From the NCBI GenBank assembly GCA_030167865.1, contig JALAGF010001259.1:1-42019 (forward strand): DNA of 42,019 nucleotides, in the 5' to 3' direction. Positions 1 through 12,081 of this stretch are shown here, in pieces. The number at the start of each line of letters is the position of its first letter. Within the stretch, counting starts at the first letter, position 1. The notes under the pieces are model-generated. The model did not search any database, was not told the DNA's origin, and saw only the letters and a program-made list of their open reading frames with translations. This DNA is from Craspedostauros australis. Lineage: Eukaryota. The translations under genes and the position numbers were made by a program.

Positions 1-840
1 TACATCACATCACTCTCCACACAACAAGAGTTTTGTGTCCACACCAACGATTCTGTGTGAGCACAAGGTAGAGTCACTCTCCGGAAATTCAAGAATCGCG
101 AACAAAGCCCAAACGATGGAAGAAAAAAGAACGTTTTGGGACGAATGACCACTGCGACTCTATTGAAGCGCCAATGAGCACTGTTGCGTCTGTGCGTTAT
201 TCACCTAATAGGTAGATTCGACATGATTTTCAACCCTCCATAACTTTAAAATGATTGGACGGAACAATTCTAGTTCTTGCCATATGATGTATTTGATGTA
301 GGACAAGAGATATACGCAGTTATTTTTAACACAGAAACGACGTTCCCGAGAAAGGTGTACTATTTTCACTCAGGCGGGTCTTATCATCCCATTTCCACGG
401 GTTCATCCAGGGCATACAACAAACCGCTACGTAACCCAAGTTGTGAAGAAATGCGAACGCGTGAAAACACGGCCAAAGTCTGCGCGTCGGTAAATGCGCC
501 ATAGGTAACCCACTCAGCACCAACAAACAACCCAAAAGCAGGTACGTCATTCGTAGCTGGAGGAATCGTTTTTGCTCGCACGCCCACAAGATACAGGCCC
601 TTCTGTACCTGGTGCAAGTTGCCCCTTCTGCCTCATCTCTGTCTGTCCACTGACTCATTTCGCCGTATCTCGTGTTTTGTGCGACATGCACTGGCATGCT
701 TCTCCTCTGAAAAGAACGAATGAGGATGATGATGGCAGAGTACCGCACTGCACCACACTGTACTAAACTGTACCACACACGCCCGTAGAAACGTTCATTT
801 CTTCAAAACGTGACAAAATGTCATCAATTGCGACAGCACA

Positions 841-872
841 ACATCTCCATTGACATCTCCATTGACATCTCC
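841..872. repeat. 12-bp tandem repeat upstream of paralogue A
   Basis: ACATCTCCATTG x2 plus ACATCTCC. Confidence 0.9.
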
Positions 873-1150
873 GTCGCCGCCTCCGACGGCATCAGTTGCC
901 CCATTCTCTCCAACCATAATACTTCACGACGTTATCCACAGAGCGGAGGCAAGCAAGGCAAAGCACATCGGCAACTCCCAACCCAACCACCACTGGCAGC
1001 AACAGTGGCAGTCACAACGACAGCAACACCAGTAGAATCGCGACGATTGCGGAAGCACCGTGGCTGCACTACCCACTCCATTTGACTTCGGCTCCGCCCC
1101 GACCCCGCTTGATCCACCGAAGTAGAATAGAATACCATCCTCTGCACAAG

Positions 1151-3004
1151 ATGCCATCGTGCAAGCAACCGAAGCGATGCCGCGACAGCAAGCCCACCTG
1201 CGAGACCACCTCCGACCTGAGGCCCAACGATGTGCTGCTGGGAAGAGGCACCGGTCCCAATGACAACCCCGGCAACATTGCGTTCCGAGACATCATCCGC
1301 AACGCCTTCGATGAATACAGCGGAGCTCACGTCAGAGGACAAAAGACAGCCGTCGCGCGCAGGATCGTCGCCACGGTGCACTCCAACGGAGGCAGGTTCC
1401 TCCAGAAGAGAAACGACGCATCCAAGCCGAGCGATCAGGAAGCTGGAAACAAGGCAGCCACCGGTGTTGATGGCGGAGCTGAGTCTTCCCAAACGGCTAG
1501 CTGTACCAAGCTAGATGAGCAAAACTCCAACTCTGCCGATGCCAATGCTGATGACGAGAACGTCGGCAAGCACAAAGCCACATATATGATCATCTCCAAC
1601 CAGAGCAAGTTGATCCAGAAAACAAAGCAGGCCTTCCGGTTCATCCAGCGCAAGGACAACCACGGCACCCAAGCACAATCGCATGGACCAGCGCAAGCAA
1701 CAGCGCAAATTGCCACCGAACCGAGCAGGTTAGCGAAATTGGTGGATGACACACCTCCTGGTACAGCCTCCAGCACCTCCCTCCCATGGGACGGTCAGGC
1801 TGTATCCGTGGTGTCGGCCCCATCCCCCGTTCCAGGCGCTTCGTCGAACATCAACGAACTCACATCATTGGCAACCGCAGCGATGCAGCTGCTCAGTCAA
1901 TCAAACGGCCTTACTTCTGCCGCATCAACGAATCCTCCGATCACAATTCATCGCGCCATTGCCGCCAGCGGCGCGCCAAGAAATACCAACATGAACAAAA
2001 CCGCCGCCAGCAACAACAATGGCAGCAACATGAACAGCTCGCCCTCAACAGACATGGCCACCTTGATCAACATGGTGCTCGATCAATCAACTCAACCACC
2101 GGCCGCGCGACCTGCCCAAGCAGCGCAGAATGAGGGACTGCATCTCAATCATCCCCAGGCTCAGGCATCTGCAGAAAACATCATCAACACAGCACGCATG
2201 GGATCTTCCGAGTTCAATTTCTCATCATTCCTGTCGCCGTCATCATCATCGTCGTCGCCATCGGCTTCTTTCCTGTCTTCTGTCCCATTCGGGGGGTCGA
2301 AGCTGCCGTGCGCAACAGCCATGGTCTCAGGCAATCATGCTTCTTCCGGAGCTTCGATGGGCACGGACCCTCTGCTCAGCGCGCTGCTCGCACAGGCCTC
2401 CATGTCACCAGAACTGGGTTTGGCCCTGCTGCTGCAAAGACCTGGCAGCAAGCAACCTCCATCTCTCGCAGCTCCGGCGGTCACTGCCCAGGCCGCAACG
2501 ACTCATGCAACATCCCAGCCCGCCGTCCTGGGAGGTCACGCTGTCCCCTCACCGTTCCCAAGTCAGTTCGATTCCGGTTTGGGAATCAGCAGCAGTGCGA
2601 AACTCCATTCCGCTGGGCAGAACGCACCAGGCATCTCCTGCGCAGCTCTCCACCAGCACTCCAACCTTATCCACGACACTATCCAAGGTTTGGGGCACTT
2701 CTTCCAACACCCGCAGCAGCAACAACAACAACCGCAGCAGCAGCCAAGTACCGGTATCCATGCCGCCCAAGGACTCTTCGTGCAGAATCAAAGATCCTCC
2801 AACGATGTCGGCACAGGAGACAGCTCCGTCTCCACCATCCTCCAGGCCGCGCTCCAGCTGACCCAGCCGTCACCCACATTGATGGGCCAATCCGCGGCTG
2901 CGTTTCAGCAACCCGGACCAGCGTCGATACCAAATACAACCTCGCTGCTGAACAACCAGACGCTGGCCCAAGAAGTCGTTTCGCAGATCCTGCGCGGTGC
3001 ATGA
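1151..3004 (+). CDS. DUF6824-type domain protein, paralogue A, with long Ser/Ala/Gln low-complexity C-terminus (possible transcriptional regulator)
   Basis: Intronless ORF; first ATG at 1151 (the track start at 1082 is TTG); TGA 3002-3004. Motifs NDVLLGRGTGPNDNPGNIAFR, RGQKTAVARRIV, GGRFL and KTKQAFR are typical of DUF6824. Poly-Q and poly-S tracts follow. Confidence 0.85.
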   Translation: MPSCKQPKRCRDSKPTCETTSDLRPNDVLLGRGTGPNDNPGNIAFRDIIRNAFDEYSGAHVRGQKTAVARRIVATVHSNGGRFLQKRNDASKPSDQEAGNKAATGVDGGAESSQTASCTKLDEQNSNSADANADDENVGKHKATYMIISNQSKLIQKTKQAFRFIQRKDNHGTQAQSHGPAQATAQIATEPSRLAKLVDDTPPGTASSTSLPWDGQAVSVVSAPSPVPGASSNINELTSLATAAMQLLSQSNGLTSAASTNPPITIHRAIAASGAPRNTNMNKTAASNNNGSNMNSSPSTDMATLINMVLDQSTQPPAARPAQAAQNEGLHLNHPQAQASAENIINTARMGSSEFNFSSFLSPSSSSSSPSASFLSSVPFGGSKLPCATAMVSGNHASSGASMGTDPLLSALLAQASMSPELGLALLLQRPGSKQPPSLAAPAVTAQAATTHATSQPAVLGGHAVPSPFPSQFDSGLGISSSAKLHSAGQNAPGISCAALHQHSNLIHDTIQGLGHFFQHPQQQQQQPQQQPSTGIHAAQGLFVQNQRSSNDVGTGDSSVSTILQAALQLTQPSPTLMGQSAAAFQQPGPASIPNTTSLLNNQTLAQEVVSQILRGA

Positions 3005-6000
3005 CCACGGACACATGCTCGCAGAGCGGGAGGATTATGTCGAATTGAATCAAATTAAGATGCTCCGCTTCGTCTCTCTCCACAGAAAGGCGAGAAAGCT
3101 AGTGTTGTATTCTACTATGTACATGTAACAGCAATACGAAGTGCAAAACACCTGACAACAACGCTTTGCGCAAACATTCAGCTGGGGCTGTCAAAACTCT
3201 CTGCTTGTGGAGAGTAAATGGCAGGCACTTTTTATCGCATCTCTCTCCATCTGTGTGTTTCAATGCGTGTGGTCTCCGACCGAGGCATCGCTGAAGAAAT
3301 GAAGAGAATGGGTGGGGATTGCGTGTTATCGGACGCCCGACATCAGCCGACAAAGCCCAAAGAGTGTGAAGGGAAGAGTCTGCCTGCTGTGGCCCGTCTC
3401 CTCGTGACACATGTCGATACCGATGACAGAATGCGGACGCAGCCGACGATTGTGGTGGCGCCGAAGGACTGCGTAACATCCAACACTATGAAGACATGGT
3501 GCGAGAATGACGACGCGGGTAGGCATAGTCGTACCCATGGCATGCTTGTGTCATTCAGCACAACAGCTCGTGGATTCGATGGAGGAAAGACAGCTACGAA
3601 ATGGGTGGGCACAGCCATGGGTGTGGGTAGTATTCGTAACTGTTAGCACCATTTGTATGAGTACATTCCATTTCGTGCGTAGTCCACTCTTCCGATGTGC
3701 TTTTCATCATCTTCGAAAATCATCAACGTGATGGGCAGCATCAACGGCCAACAACATCACTGAGAGGATTAGGAATACCCATGCAATGCGAGTACAGTAC
3801 TCTACGCGCAGGGAAATCACCACCACAACTATCGCCGGAACCACGAGCACAAGTGCAGAGACAAGTACTATACTATTCTATTATAATAGTAGAGTAGTGG
3901 GAGCCGCGAGTATGGTGCCATGCGCACGCTCGCGAAAACAGGTGTCTGTTTGGGTCGGGGTGGAATGCGTCCAGTCTCCTACCGTATGTCGCCTCTCATC
4001 TGCAACTCGAACCCGTGCGTAGTCGTATGTGCCATACGCACATGCTTACATGAAAGAACGGAGAGGTTGATGGGAGGGATGCGCGTTGTTGACGCAGTTG
4101 ATCTTGTACCTCCTATTATGACGGAGCACACAGAGTAACGTGTCGCATCTGGCAAGGATTCATCGTGTCGATCGACTCGCAATACTGGCACCCTCCGCAG
4201 GGTGCTCCGCAGGAATGGAAGGAAAGAGAGATCGATGGCAAGAGACAAACAACGCCGAATCGAAACTGAGAAAGCTGGGTGCGGAGATACATCATGGCTC
4301 ATGAGGAACAGTGACAAGCCATCACCAATCATCTGACATGGCGGAGGTGTCCTCCTTGATGTTGCCGGCGCCAAAGATTCTCAGAGCCGAGACCCGGTGC
4401 GAACAGAGCAATGCACACATGTGCCATCATCTGCCACAAGGGCCAAAGATGTCAGAGGTTGTTCGCGCGTTCCTGGACACGCATCAACAGTCGGCTTCAT
4501 TGCGTCGTGTGTACCCCATGTACGAATCTGTGGTATGAGAAAGAAACCGCCGGGGTGAAAGTGCGATAAAGAGAGAGAGATCGGGGTGAACTGTGACGAG
4601 AGAATGAGTGGGTCTGACGCAAAAGGGATGGAAATGAGAAAGGGAGGAAGGAAGAAAGGAGGAGAGTCACATGGATACCGCTGGAGACAAGGAGATCTGC
4701 AGGATCGTACGATACTCTCTCGTGCAGCTCGTACGAACGTCGTAGCTGTAGCATGTGAAGAGAAGAGAAGTGAAGCCAAGGACGATCACAGGTGTGACAT
4801 TGTGGGAGGTGGTGTGCACGAGCGACATACTTCGCCGACACCAACTGGACAGAAGAGCCCTTTCCTACTGGGACGAGAGCACAGCGTTCACGAAGGAGGA
4901 GGCACTCGCGGTTTCTGTCCTTACCCGCACAAGGAGAACAATTGGAATGGTGCTATTGGAGCACGGACAGGCTGAAACAGCGGATGAAAAAATGATTGGC
5001 TCAGAGCGACCTACAAAAACCATGACTACGCGCACGTGCTAGCCATTTGCACGACCACCTCGCAGTCGCCTGCGCCAGCATCAACAGCAACAGCAAGTTT
5101 GAAGCGAAACGTGAAGAAGCGCGGAGAGGGAGTGGACGAAAAACGCCCCAATACAAGCCCAACAACAAGGCCCAAAGAATCATCAAAAGGCCGACCCGTC
5201 TCTCCCAAAAAGTGACGTAGAACGGCGCAAACGAAGAGTTGGACAAAGCCGGTCCGATGCGTTCCCAGTCAGAGCAATTTGCCGGCAGAAGCACAGTTTG
5301 CCGGTTGCGGCTTGATCCGCACACCATAAATGAGGCTGGTGGATGACGACGTGACGGTGATCACTGACAGCTGCAGGGCTGTTGTAGATTGCGTGTTTGT
5401 GCCATCGATTGATAAAGCGCGTGCGCCTACAGCCGTGAGCCCATGTCACAAGTGACACACCCAGACTTGGGGGTGTTAGATGCAATGCCGTTGACGTCAT
5501 CGCGACACGAAGCGAATCGCCAAAGGAAGACTCTGACAAGGAGGAACAATTAACGATGACCTCGCGATCGTGGCCGAGTCAACAAAGCAGATGGAACAGA
5601 TGGACAAAGAAAGAAAACATCAATCCTACGCAGTAGTGGTACTGAAGCGTGCGTGGCTGTGAAGATACGACATTCGATGCGACACGGTGTATCAGGCAAA
5701 GTACGCAGCCCGCGTCTGCCGGTTGCTGTAAAACAAGTACTACACAGACAGGGAACTGTCGTACTTCAGTTGATGGAATGAGAACAACGTGAGGAATGAA
5801 AGTGGCGATGACACAGGCAGCGGTGGAGAGATGACGTGCCTCCCTTTCTGTCTCTCTCTCTTCTCCACCAACACTCAACGCCCAACCCTCTACGTGCATC
5901 GCGCGCGAGAAATCTATCACGACACCAACGCAACCGCAGTCAACCAAATAGGCTTCTGCGGACAGAGCCGAACCACCAAACAACCAACCCAACATGCAAA

Positions 6001-6763
6001 CATGACGTACGAGTCAGTGGAGGAACGCGTCGTGGAGTACGAGCCAGAGTACCTATGGTGCGTAAACGTACCACAACGAACGCAAACAACCCAAAACACA
6101 CGATCGCATTCACGCTCACATTCAACGAGCAACGAAAGAGGAAAGGAATAACTTCGCCTTTCCCACACGAAGAGCCACAAAGTCGATTGACCAAGAATGC
6201 AAACAGCTCGACACTTGCCGCTGTATCATCGACACCGCAACCATCACCGTCACCTCCGCGCTTAAAGCATCGATCACCGGCAACCGCCACCGACAGTCTC
6301 GAACGACGATCTTCACCGACACTCCGCACTTTCCGCGTTCATCATCGTCGTTGTCACTGTCGACGTCTTTGTTCCCATAGATCGTAATCGACGGCCCAAA
6401 CCACATCACGCTGCACTTCTCTCGTGATCTTCATCCGCAGTGACAAACCGACACAATCCCAGTCGCAATCACAATCACAACCCTCCACCCAGCGTCCATC
6501 CATCCCAAACAGATCCACCCATCCATCTACCCACCCATCTATCCGTTGCTCAAGTCCACCTTGCTGATCCCATTCCCTCACGAAGTCGACTGAGAACGCG
6601 AGTGTGAACACAAGTACAAACACATCCACAAACCCAAACCCAGACACATAAGATTACACATACAAAGTGCAACTGCGGTCGCAAGTGCAAGCGCCATCCC
6701 ATTCGCCACATCTTGCGATCATTCGCCACATATCATACTATTCTACTATAATAGCCATCACAA

Positions 6764-6800
6764 CCCATTCCAACCTCCCATTCCAACCTCCCATTCCAAC
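6764..6800. repeat. 13-bp tandem repeat just upstream of the paralogue B start codon
   Basis: CCCATTCCAACCT x2 plus CCCATTCCAAC, ending 6 nt before ATG 6807. Confidence 0.9.
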
Positions 6801-6806
6801 ATCACC

Positions 6807-8390
6807 ATGTACCCCAAGAAGAGCAAGACCAAGATGCAGCAGCACGTGCAGGAGCTGAACGTGAACGACGTGCTGCTGGGCAGAGGCACGGGACCCAACG
6901 ACCACCCAGGCAACATCCACTTCCGAGCCCTCGTCAAGGACGCTCACGAGGAGTACATGGATGCCAAGGTCCGCGGGCAGAAGACCCGCATCGCCCGACG
7001 GGTCATCGCCTCCATCCGCACCAAGTTCAAGGGCCGCTTCCTGCGCAAGCTCACGGCTGACGAAACCCGCGCCAAGACCCTGCGGGAGGGCAAAGGCGAA
7101 GGCGACAGCCCGGCCGCTGCAACCGCCCCAGCCGACGTCTTCGCCGTCGTGACGGACGATCACACGCTGGTGCAGAAGACCAAGCAGGCCTTCCGCCACC
7201 TCATCCGCCAGAACAACGGCAGCACCGGCAACCTCGTCGCTGGTCCTGCCGGTCTCACCAACATCCCAAGCACTCCCACCCGCTCCGCCTCCCTCGTGAG
7301 CAACACCGGCTCCAACGGTTCGCTCGCGCCCAACCACCGCGTCACGCCGGAGAAGATGATGTACGAGCAACGCTACGCGTACGACCAGCACATGCATGCT
7401 GCCAGTCCCAGGCACAGTCTTGCCCACGGCGAGTACCTGCATCCGCAGCACGCCCAGCAGACTCATCAACGTCGCCACTCCTTCCTCCGGCCGCAGCAAC
7501 ACCAACAGCACCACCAGCATGGCAACCACCACTCCGCACCCCAACCATCTGCCGTCAGGGGCAACGTCTCGCTGGGAGCGCACCTCGATCTGGCATCCAG
7601 GTGGAACAACCAGCCCGCCACGTCCTCCACCATGGACCTCCCATCCTCCCTCTCCAAGTTCCACCCGCGCACCTCCTTCTCCGCTGCCCCTGCAGGTGCC
7701 GCCCCAGGCATTCCGCCTCCCGCCGGTCCACGCGCATCCAACAACGGCAACGGCCTTTCGCTGGTCCAGTCCTTGGTCGCGGCGCAGCGTGATCTCAACG
7801 ACGCCCGCAGGCTTCAGCAGGATGCCTACCTCCTCAAGCTCATCGCCGACAAGGAATCCTCGCGATCGCAGTTTGGGGAACAATGGCACCCGAGCAACAA
7901 TGCCGGTGGCGCCACCAACGCAATCCGCGGCAGCAGCAGCAGCGCCAACAGCAACCACAACAACGGCATGCCAAATGGCAGCGGCCCAAACGCCGGACAT
8001 GCTAACGGCACGAGCTACCCAGTGCCAGCATACAACTCCATCCACTCCAGGGAGGGACGCAGATCGTCCGTCTCGTCCGCGCTGTCCGTCTCCACCCATC
8101 CTTCGCTCGGAGCCGCGACATCCGCCTCGGATGGCAAGCCCCAGGAAGCGCCGAAGATGTCCGACATCATCCAGGCAGCTCTCACCCTGACCGGTCCCAT
8201 CCCATCCTCGAGACGTTCCATCGTTTCCAACACATCCGCAGGCTCTGCGTCCGCCAACGGCGCTGGCAACGCAAGGCAGAACGGTCACGCAACTGCCGGC
8301 GCGTCTCATCCTTACCAACCCAGCGCGGCATCTCGCGGTGTGCTTCTCGAGCTTCTGGAAGCCGAGAACACATTGAGAGGGTTGATGTAA
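6807..8390 (+). CDS. DUF6824-type domain protein, paralogue B, His/Gln/Asn-rich C-terminus
   Basis: 527-aa ORF with strong C-ending codon bias. Motifs NDVLLGRGTGPNDHPGNIHFR, RGQKTRIARRVI, GRFL, QKTKQAFRHLIR. Confidence 0.9.
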   Translation: MYPKKSKTKMQQHVQELNVNDVLLGRGTGPNDHPGNIHFRALVKDAHEEYMDAKVRGQKTRIARRVIASIRTKFKGRFLRKLTADETRAKTLREGKGEGDSPAAATAPADVFAVVTDDHTLVQKTKQAFRHLIRQNNGSTGNLVAGPAGLTNIPSTPTRSASLVSNTGSNGSLAPNHRVTPEKMMYEQRYAYDQHMHAASPRHSLAHGEYLHPQHAQQTHQRRHSFLRPQQHQQHHQHGNHHSAPQPSAVRGNVSLGAHLDLASRWNNQPATSSTMDLPSSLSKFHPRTSFSAAPAGAAPGIPPPAGPRASNNGNGLSLVQSLVAAQRDLNDARRLQQDAYLLKLIADKESSRSQFGEQWHPSNNAGGATNAIRGSSSSANSNHNNGMPNGSGPNAGHANGTSYPVPAYNSIHSREGRRSSVSSALSVSTHPSLGAATSASDGKPQEAPKMSDIIQAALTLTGPIPSSRRSIVSNTSAGSASANGAGNARQNGHATAGASHPYQPSAASRGVLLELLEAENTLRGLM

Positions 8391-9226
8391 GAGCACATGC
8401 ATACCCGCAGTGCACATGACATGTACACAGACAGAACAGAGAAAGCCAGAAAGGGGAACAATGTCAATGAACAGGCGAGCAACAAGCAAACAGGCAAGCA
8501 AGCAAGCAACATATAATACTCGTTACATAACATGACTAAGCAACAGCGGGACGATGGGCAGAGCAACACCACCTCTCTGAACAACAGCAGCGACAACAAC
8601 AGGACCACGACATCCGTGATCTCATGGTTAACAATCAACTTTCAATCAAACAAACGAACAATGGACAAAGCAGCAGCATCGCAAACCGAGATGCCTACAT
8701 ACCTACCATACATAACAACAAACAGAACAAACATACTTTAACGCAACTCAACATGAAACAACACCAAAATGTGGACCGTAACAGCAGGAGGGATGTGCTT
8801 TGTGAGTGAAGGCGCATGCGGTGATGGACGATCAGAATGTGAAGGAAACCACGCTGCGCGAAGTTGTTGGTCAACCATTCCATTCCACCTTGCAGTGCGC
8901 GTTGTGAGGACGACGATGTGAGGAAATGGCGATGTGCGGACACGTCGGGCATCGCAACTTGTCCACGTAGTCGACGTGAAGCATGGCGTCAAGACCTGGC
9001 GACAATCCACCAAAGAGAAGAACCTGCAGTGTCCACGAGTACTCAAATCACATGAATGAACGCAGCATGAACGCAGCATGAACATGCATCAAGGGCATCA
9101 ATCCATCATGAAGCATTGCATTGCATATTGTCATAGTAGTGAGAGTTCAAAATCTATTATATGTTCAAATTGGGGGCCGTAGTTGTTTGCAAAGTGGCAG
9201 AACTTGCCATTCATGTACGCATGCGC

Positions 9227-10519
9227 TCATGTATCCACGAGCGGAAGCTTGAACCGCATGAATTGTTGCACCTTCTGCTGCGGAGCCGTCGTCGTCGTCG
9301 TGCGTGGTCTTTCGTTGGTTGGGTTGCCACTGTTGTAAATTGGATTCGTGGTGGCCGATTCAAGATCACCGACCACATGCAGGGCCTGTTCCACGATGGC
9401 GTTGGCGGATGATGCCGTCACTCTGTTGGAATGTCCCATGGTTGCCGTTCGCACACGTTCGTTGGTGCTCGTTTCGGCACCGTACTTGGTGTCAGCGAAA
9501 CAGCGTTGGTGGATGCCCATGGACGAATCGTCGTCGTCGTCGTCGCAAAAGGATGCCGATGTCGAGTCATCATCGTCGTTATCAGCGGCATCGTGGATGC
9601 GACTGCGTCGCGACGGCTTGGACAAGGAAGGACGCAGGGAACGCGTGCGGATCTTGGAATCGTTGTTGTCGTGAGACGGCATCGGTTCGGGTGAGGGACA
9701 GCGCTTGGGCGGCAGCAGCAGCATGGAATCGCTGGATCTGCGCTGGAACATGTCACGGCGGTTGCCTCGAATGTGTTCGCTGCTGACATCGAGTGGTGCG
9801 CAGGTGCAGACATGGCTGTCGGAGGCAACGTGCTTGCGGTGGCGCAGCGATGGAGAGCCCCTGCGGGCGTTGGCAGCGGGCTTGGTGCCATCGTTGTTCC
9901 ATCGATCCCTGCGATGGCAGTAGGGCATGTCCTCCATGACATCGTGGATTCGGCACAGTCTGGGAGACAGCGCTGCGGATGGCTCTGCGCTGATGATGGA
10001 TTCGGCGAAGCGGGAATGGGAGGCCTTGGGCGAGATGGCGAAGGGAGTGCCGCGGTTGGTGCAGCGCGCGTGGGCCGACGAAGACGAAGAGCACAGGCAG
10101 GCGGGTGCCTGCATCTTGGCGTTGTCGTCCTGGATGACGACGTGATCGAACGAGCCGTTGCTCTCCTCCAGGATGCTCTGCAGATGGTCCCTCATCGCCA
10201 ACGTTGACGACGACATCGAGGAGTGCGTGCTGCTGCTGTTGTTGCTGATGCTGTGGCTATTGCTGCTGCTCCCTCTGACATGGCTGCTTCCCTTGTCGTT
10301 GGCGATCTCGCTGCTGGAAGTGAGGGAATGCATGCTCCCTTCATCAATCTGTTCATCCATGTGTGCGTCCATCTGTGCGTCCACCCGTTGTTCATCGTTG
10401 CTGGCACTCATACCCCGTACTCTTACCCCATTTGGCTCAGCAGACTGAGCTTGCGCATGTGATGGCGCTTTTGCACTGCCATTCCCCGTTTCGGTCGGAT
10501 CTGTTGTGGCACACATCAT
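9227..10519 (-). CDS. Hypothetical low-complexity protein with VIQDDNAK, RW and PKRCPS/PSRRS short motifs
   Basis: 430-aa intronless ORF, Ser/Asp-rich. The short motifs resemble those I recall from uncharacterised diatom proteins; no recognisable folded domain. Confidence 0.65.
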   Translation of the reverse strand: MMCATTDPTETGNGSAKAPSHAQAQSAEPNGVRVRGMSASNDEQRVDAQMDAHMDEQIDEGSMHSLTSSSEIANDKGSSHVRGSSSNSHSISNNSSSTHSSMSSSTLAMRDHLQSILEESNGSFDHVVIQDDNAKMQAPACLCSSSSSAHARCTNRGTPFAISPKASHSRFAESIISAEPSAALSPRLCRIHDVMEDMPYCHRRDRWNNDGTKPAANARRGSPSLRHRKHVASDSHVCTCAPLDVSSEHIRGNRRDMFQRRSSDSMLLLPPKRCPSPEPMPSHDNNDSKIRTRSLRPSLSKPSRRSRIHDAADNDDDDSTSASFCDDDDDDSSMGIHQRCFADTKYGAETSTNERVRTATMGHSNRVTASSANAIVEQALHVVGDLESATTNPIYNSGNPTNERPRTTTTTAPQQKVQQFMRFKLPLVDT

Positions 10520-10687
10520 GTGTTGTGTTTGTTGTGTTGTGCTGTATCGTCGTGGGCCTTTGTACTATGCTAATACTGATACCAATACCAATACTGATAC
10601 CAATACTAGTAGTAACACTGTTGGGTTGTCGCAGCAAACCTTCGCGTGGGGAAGGTTGGTGGGGGTCCGTCCAACGCTCTCTCCTCT

Positions 10688-10714
10688 CAATCAATCAATC
10701 AATCAATCAATCAA
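10688..10714. repeat. (CAAT)n microsatellite
   Basis: About six tandem CAAT units; a similar tract lies at about 24896-24921 in the sulfotransferase intron. Confidence 0.9.
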
Positions 10715-12081
10715 GTTTCTCACTGCCATCAGATAAGATCCTGATCGTGGGGTACAACCGATGGTATGGCAAGTACGGGTAGAAGTGATGCTGCTCTTCG
10801 GCTTCCGTATGTTGGGGTGGATCACGACACGAGGAGGTTGCAGCTCGTCTTGGTACTGCGACCGATGGCTCCGATCTTGCACCGATGTGCTGCTGATGTC
10901 CTCAAGTCTTCGCCTGCTACTCTGCTCTGTTGTTGGATTCGTTGTTGCCTTTGGAGTTGCCTTTGGAGTTGCATTGGATTGGGCTGCAACAGCTGCTGCT
11001 CTCGGTATTCCTTCTTGCTGGTCTCTCCTTGTCTCTTGCGTTTCGTTTCTTGGTCTGTGTCTGTGTTGTTTCGTTTCGTTGCTGGATTTGTTTTGTACCC
11101 TTCCCAGACGCGATGATTTCCAGCGCATCTCGCCCGCTCAGTCCGCAATCGGTTGTCCCCAGCAACACGAAGCAACACGTTATAACGCTCGACGACATCT
11201 AACCAACACGCCCATCCAACCACGCCAACAACATCAGCCACGTCAAAACTGCATGCTGCTCAGCTTCGTTGCGACATTCCGCATCCGGACACAAAATTTC
11301 ATCTGGGTTCGTGCGTTCTGCGTGTTCGCACATCGTGCGAATGTTACCGTTATCTTCGTTCGCCGGAGCCATGTTCGGATAAAATCACGGACTTATATTC
11401 CTCCGCTTCCTTCCAGGGAGTTCTTTCATGGGATAAATGATGTTTCCCACGAGAGAAATGAGCGCGTTTACGAACTAGGGCTATGCCTTCGACTTTTCTT
11501 TTCCTCACGCATACAAACGTCACTTCAAGAGAACACATAAATCTGATGGGTTTTGACATTCGTAGGCAGATATCAGTGGCATTCAAACCGGTCACATTTT
11601 GTCATCGGCATTTGCAGCACAAGGATTCTGCAAACGATTCACGCGGAAGTGCGAGAATCAACTTCAGTATGAAAGGTTGAGAAACGAACAGTCTGTCCAA
11701 CCATCCAAAGCGAGACGAAAATGCAGCCGTTTCGGTCTTCATCCAAACAGACAACAGCAAGCCAACGCAACATCCACAGACAGACAAACGTGCATCCGCA
11801 TCAGTTGTGCTGTGGAATGAGAGGCACACTGACAGACATCGGCTGGACAACATGCTGAAGAACAGAGCAGTCTACAGAGCAAAAGGGGGCGCCAACATTC
11901 AAGGCACTGAAGTGCAAGCGTAAGAGTATGGCATGACACAGATGTATCACTATTGAGCAGATTACTGCATTCTGTACTAGTTGCACTTATTCTTTGAGCT
12001 TGATTCGACGCTTTCGATTATCGCGGCCTTCTCGCGTGGTTTGGATCGAGAGTGTGAACCAGCGCAAGCGGACGACCTCCC

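Noticed and set aside
3005-6806. Numerous 60-180-aa ORFs between paralogues A and B
   Set aside because: No codon bias, domain motifs or transposon hallmarks (terminal repeats, transposase or RT motifs); treated as UTR or regulatory DNA.
6738-8501. 587-aa antisense ORF over paralogue B (similarly 12124-12978, 19541-20233, 22787-23923, 27524-28351)
   Set aside because: Shadow ORFs expected from strong third-position G/C bias in the real genes on the other strand; no recognisable motifs.
10761-11540. 259-aa hydrophobic, Cys-rich ORF
   Set aside because: Non-coding-like GT-rich sequence antisense to the 5' region of the 10519 gene; its hydrophobicity follows from base composition.
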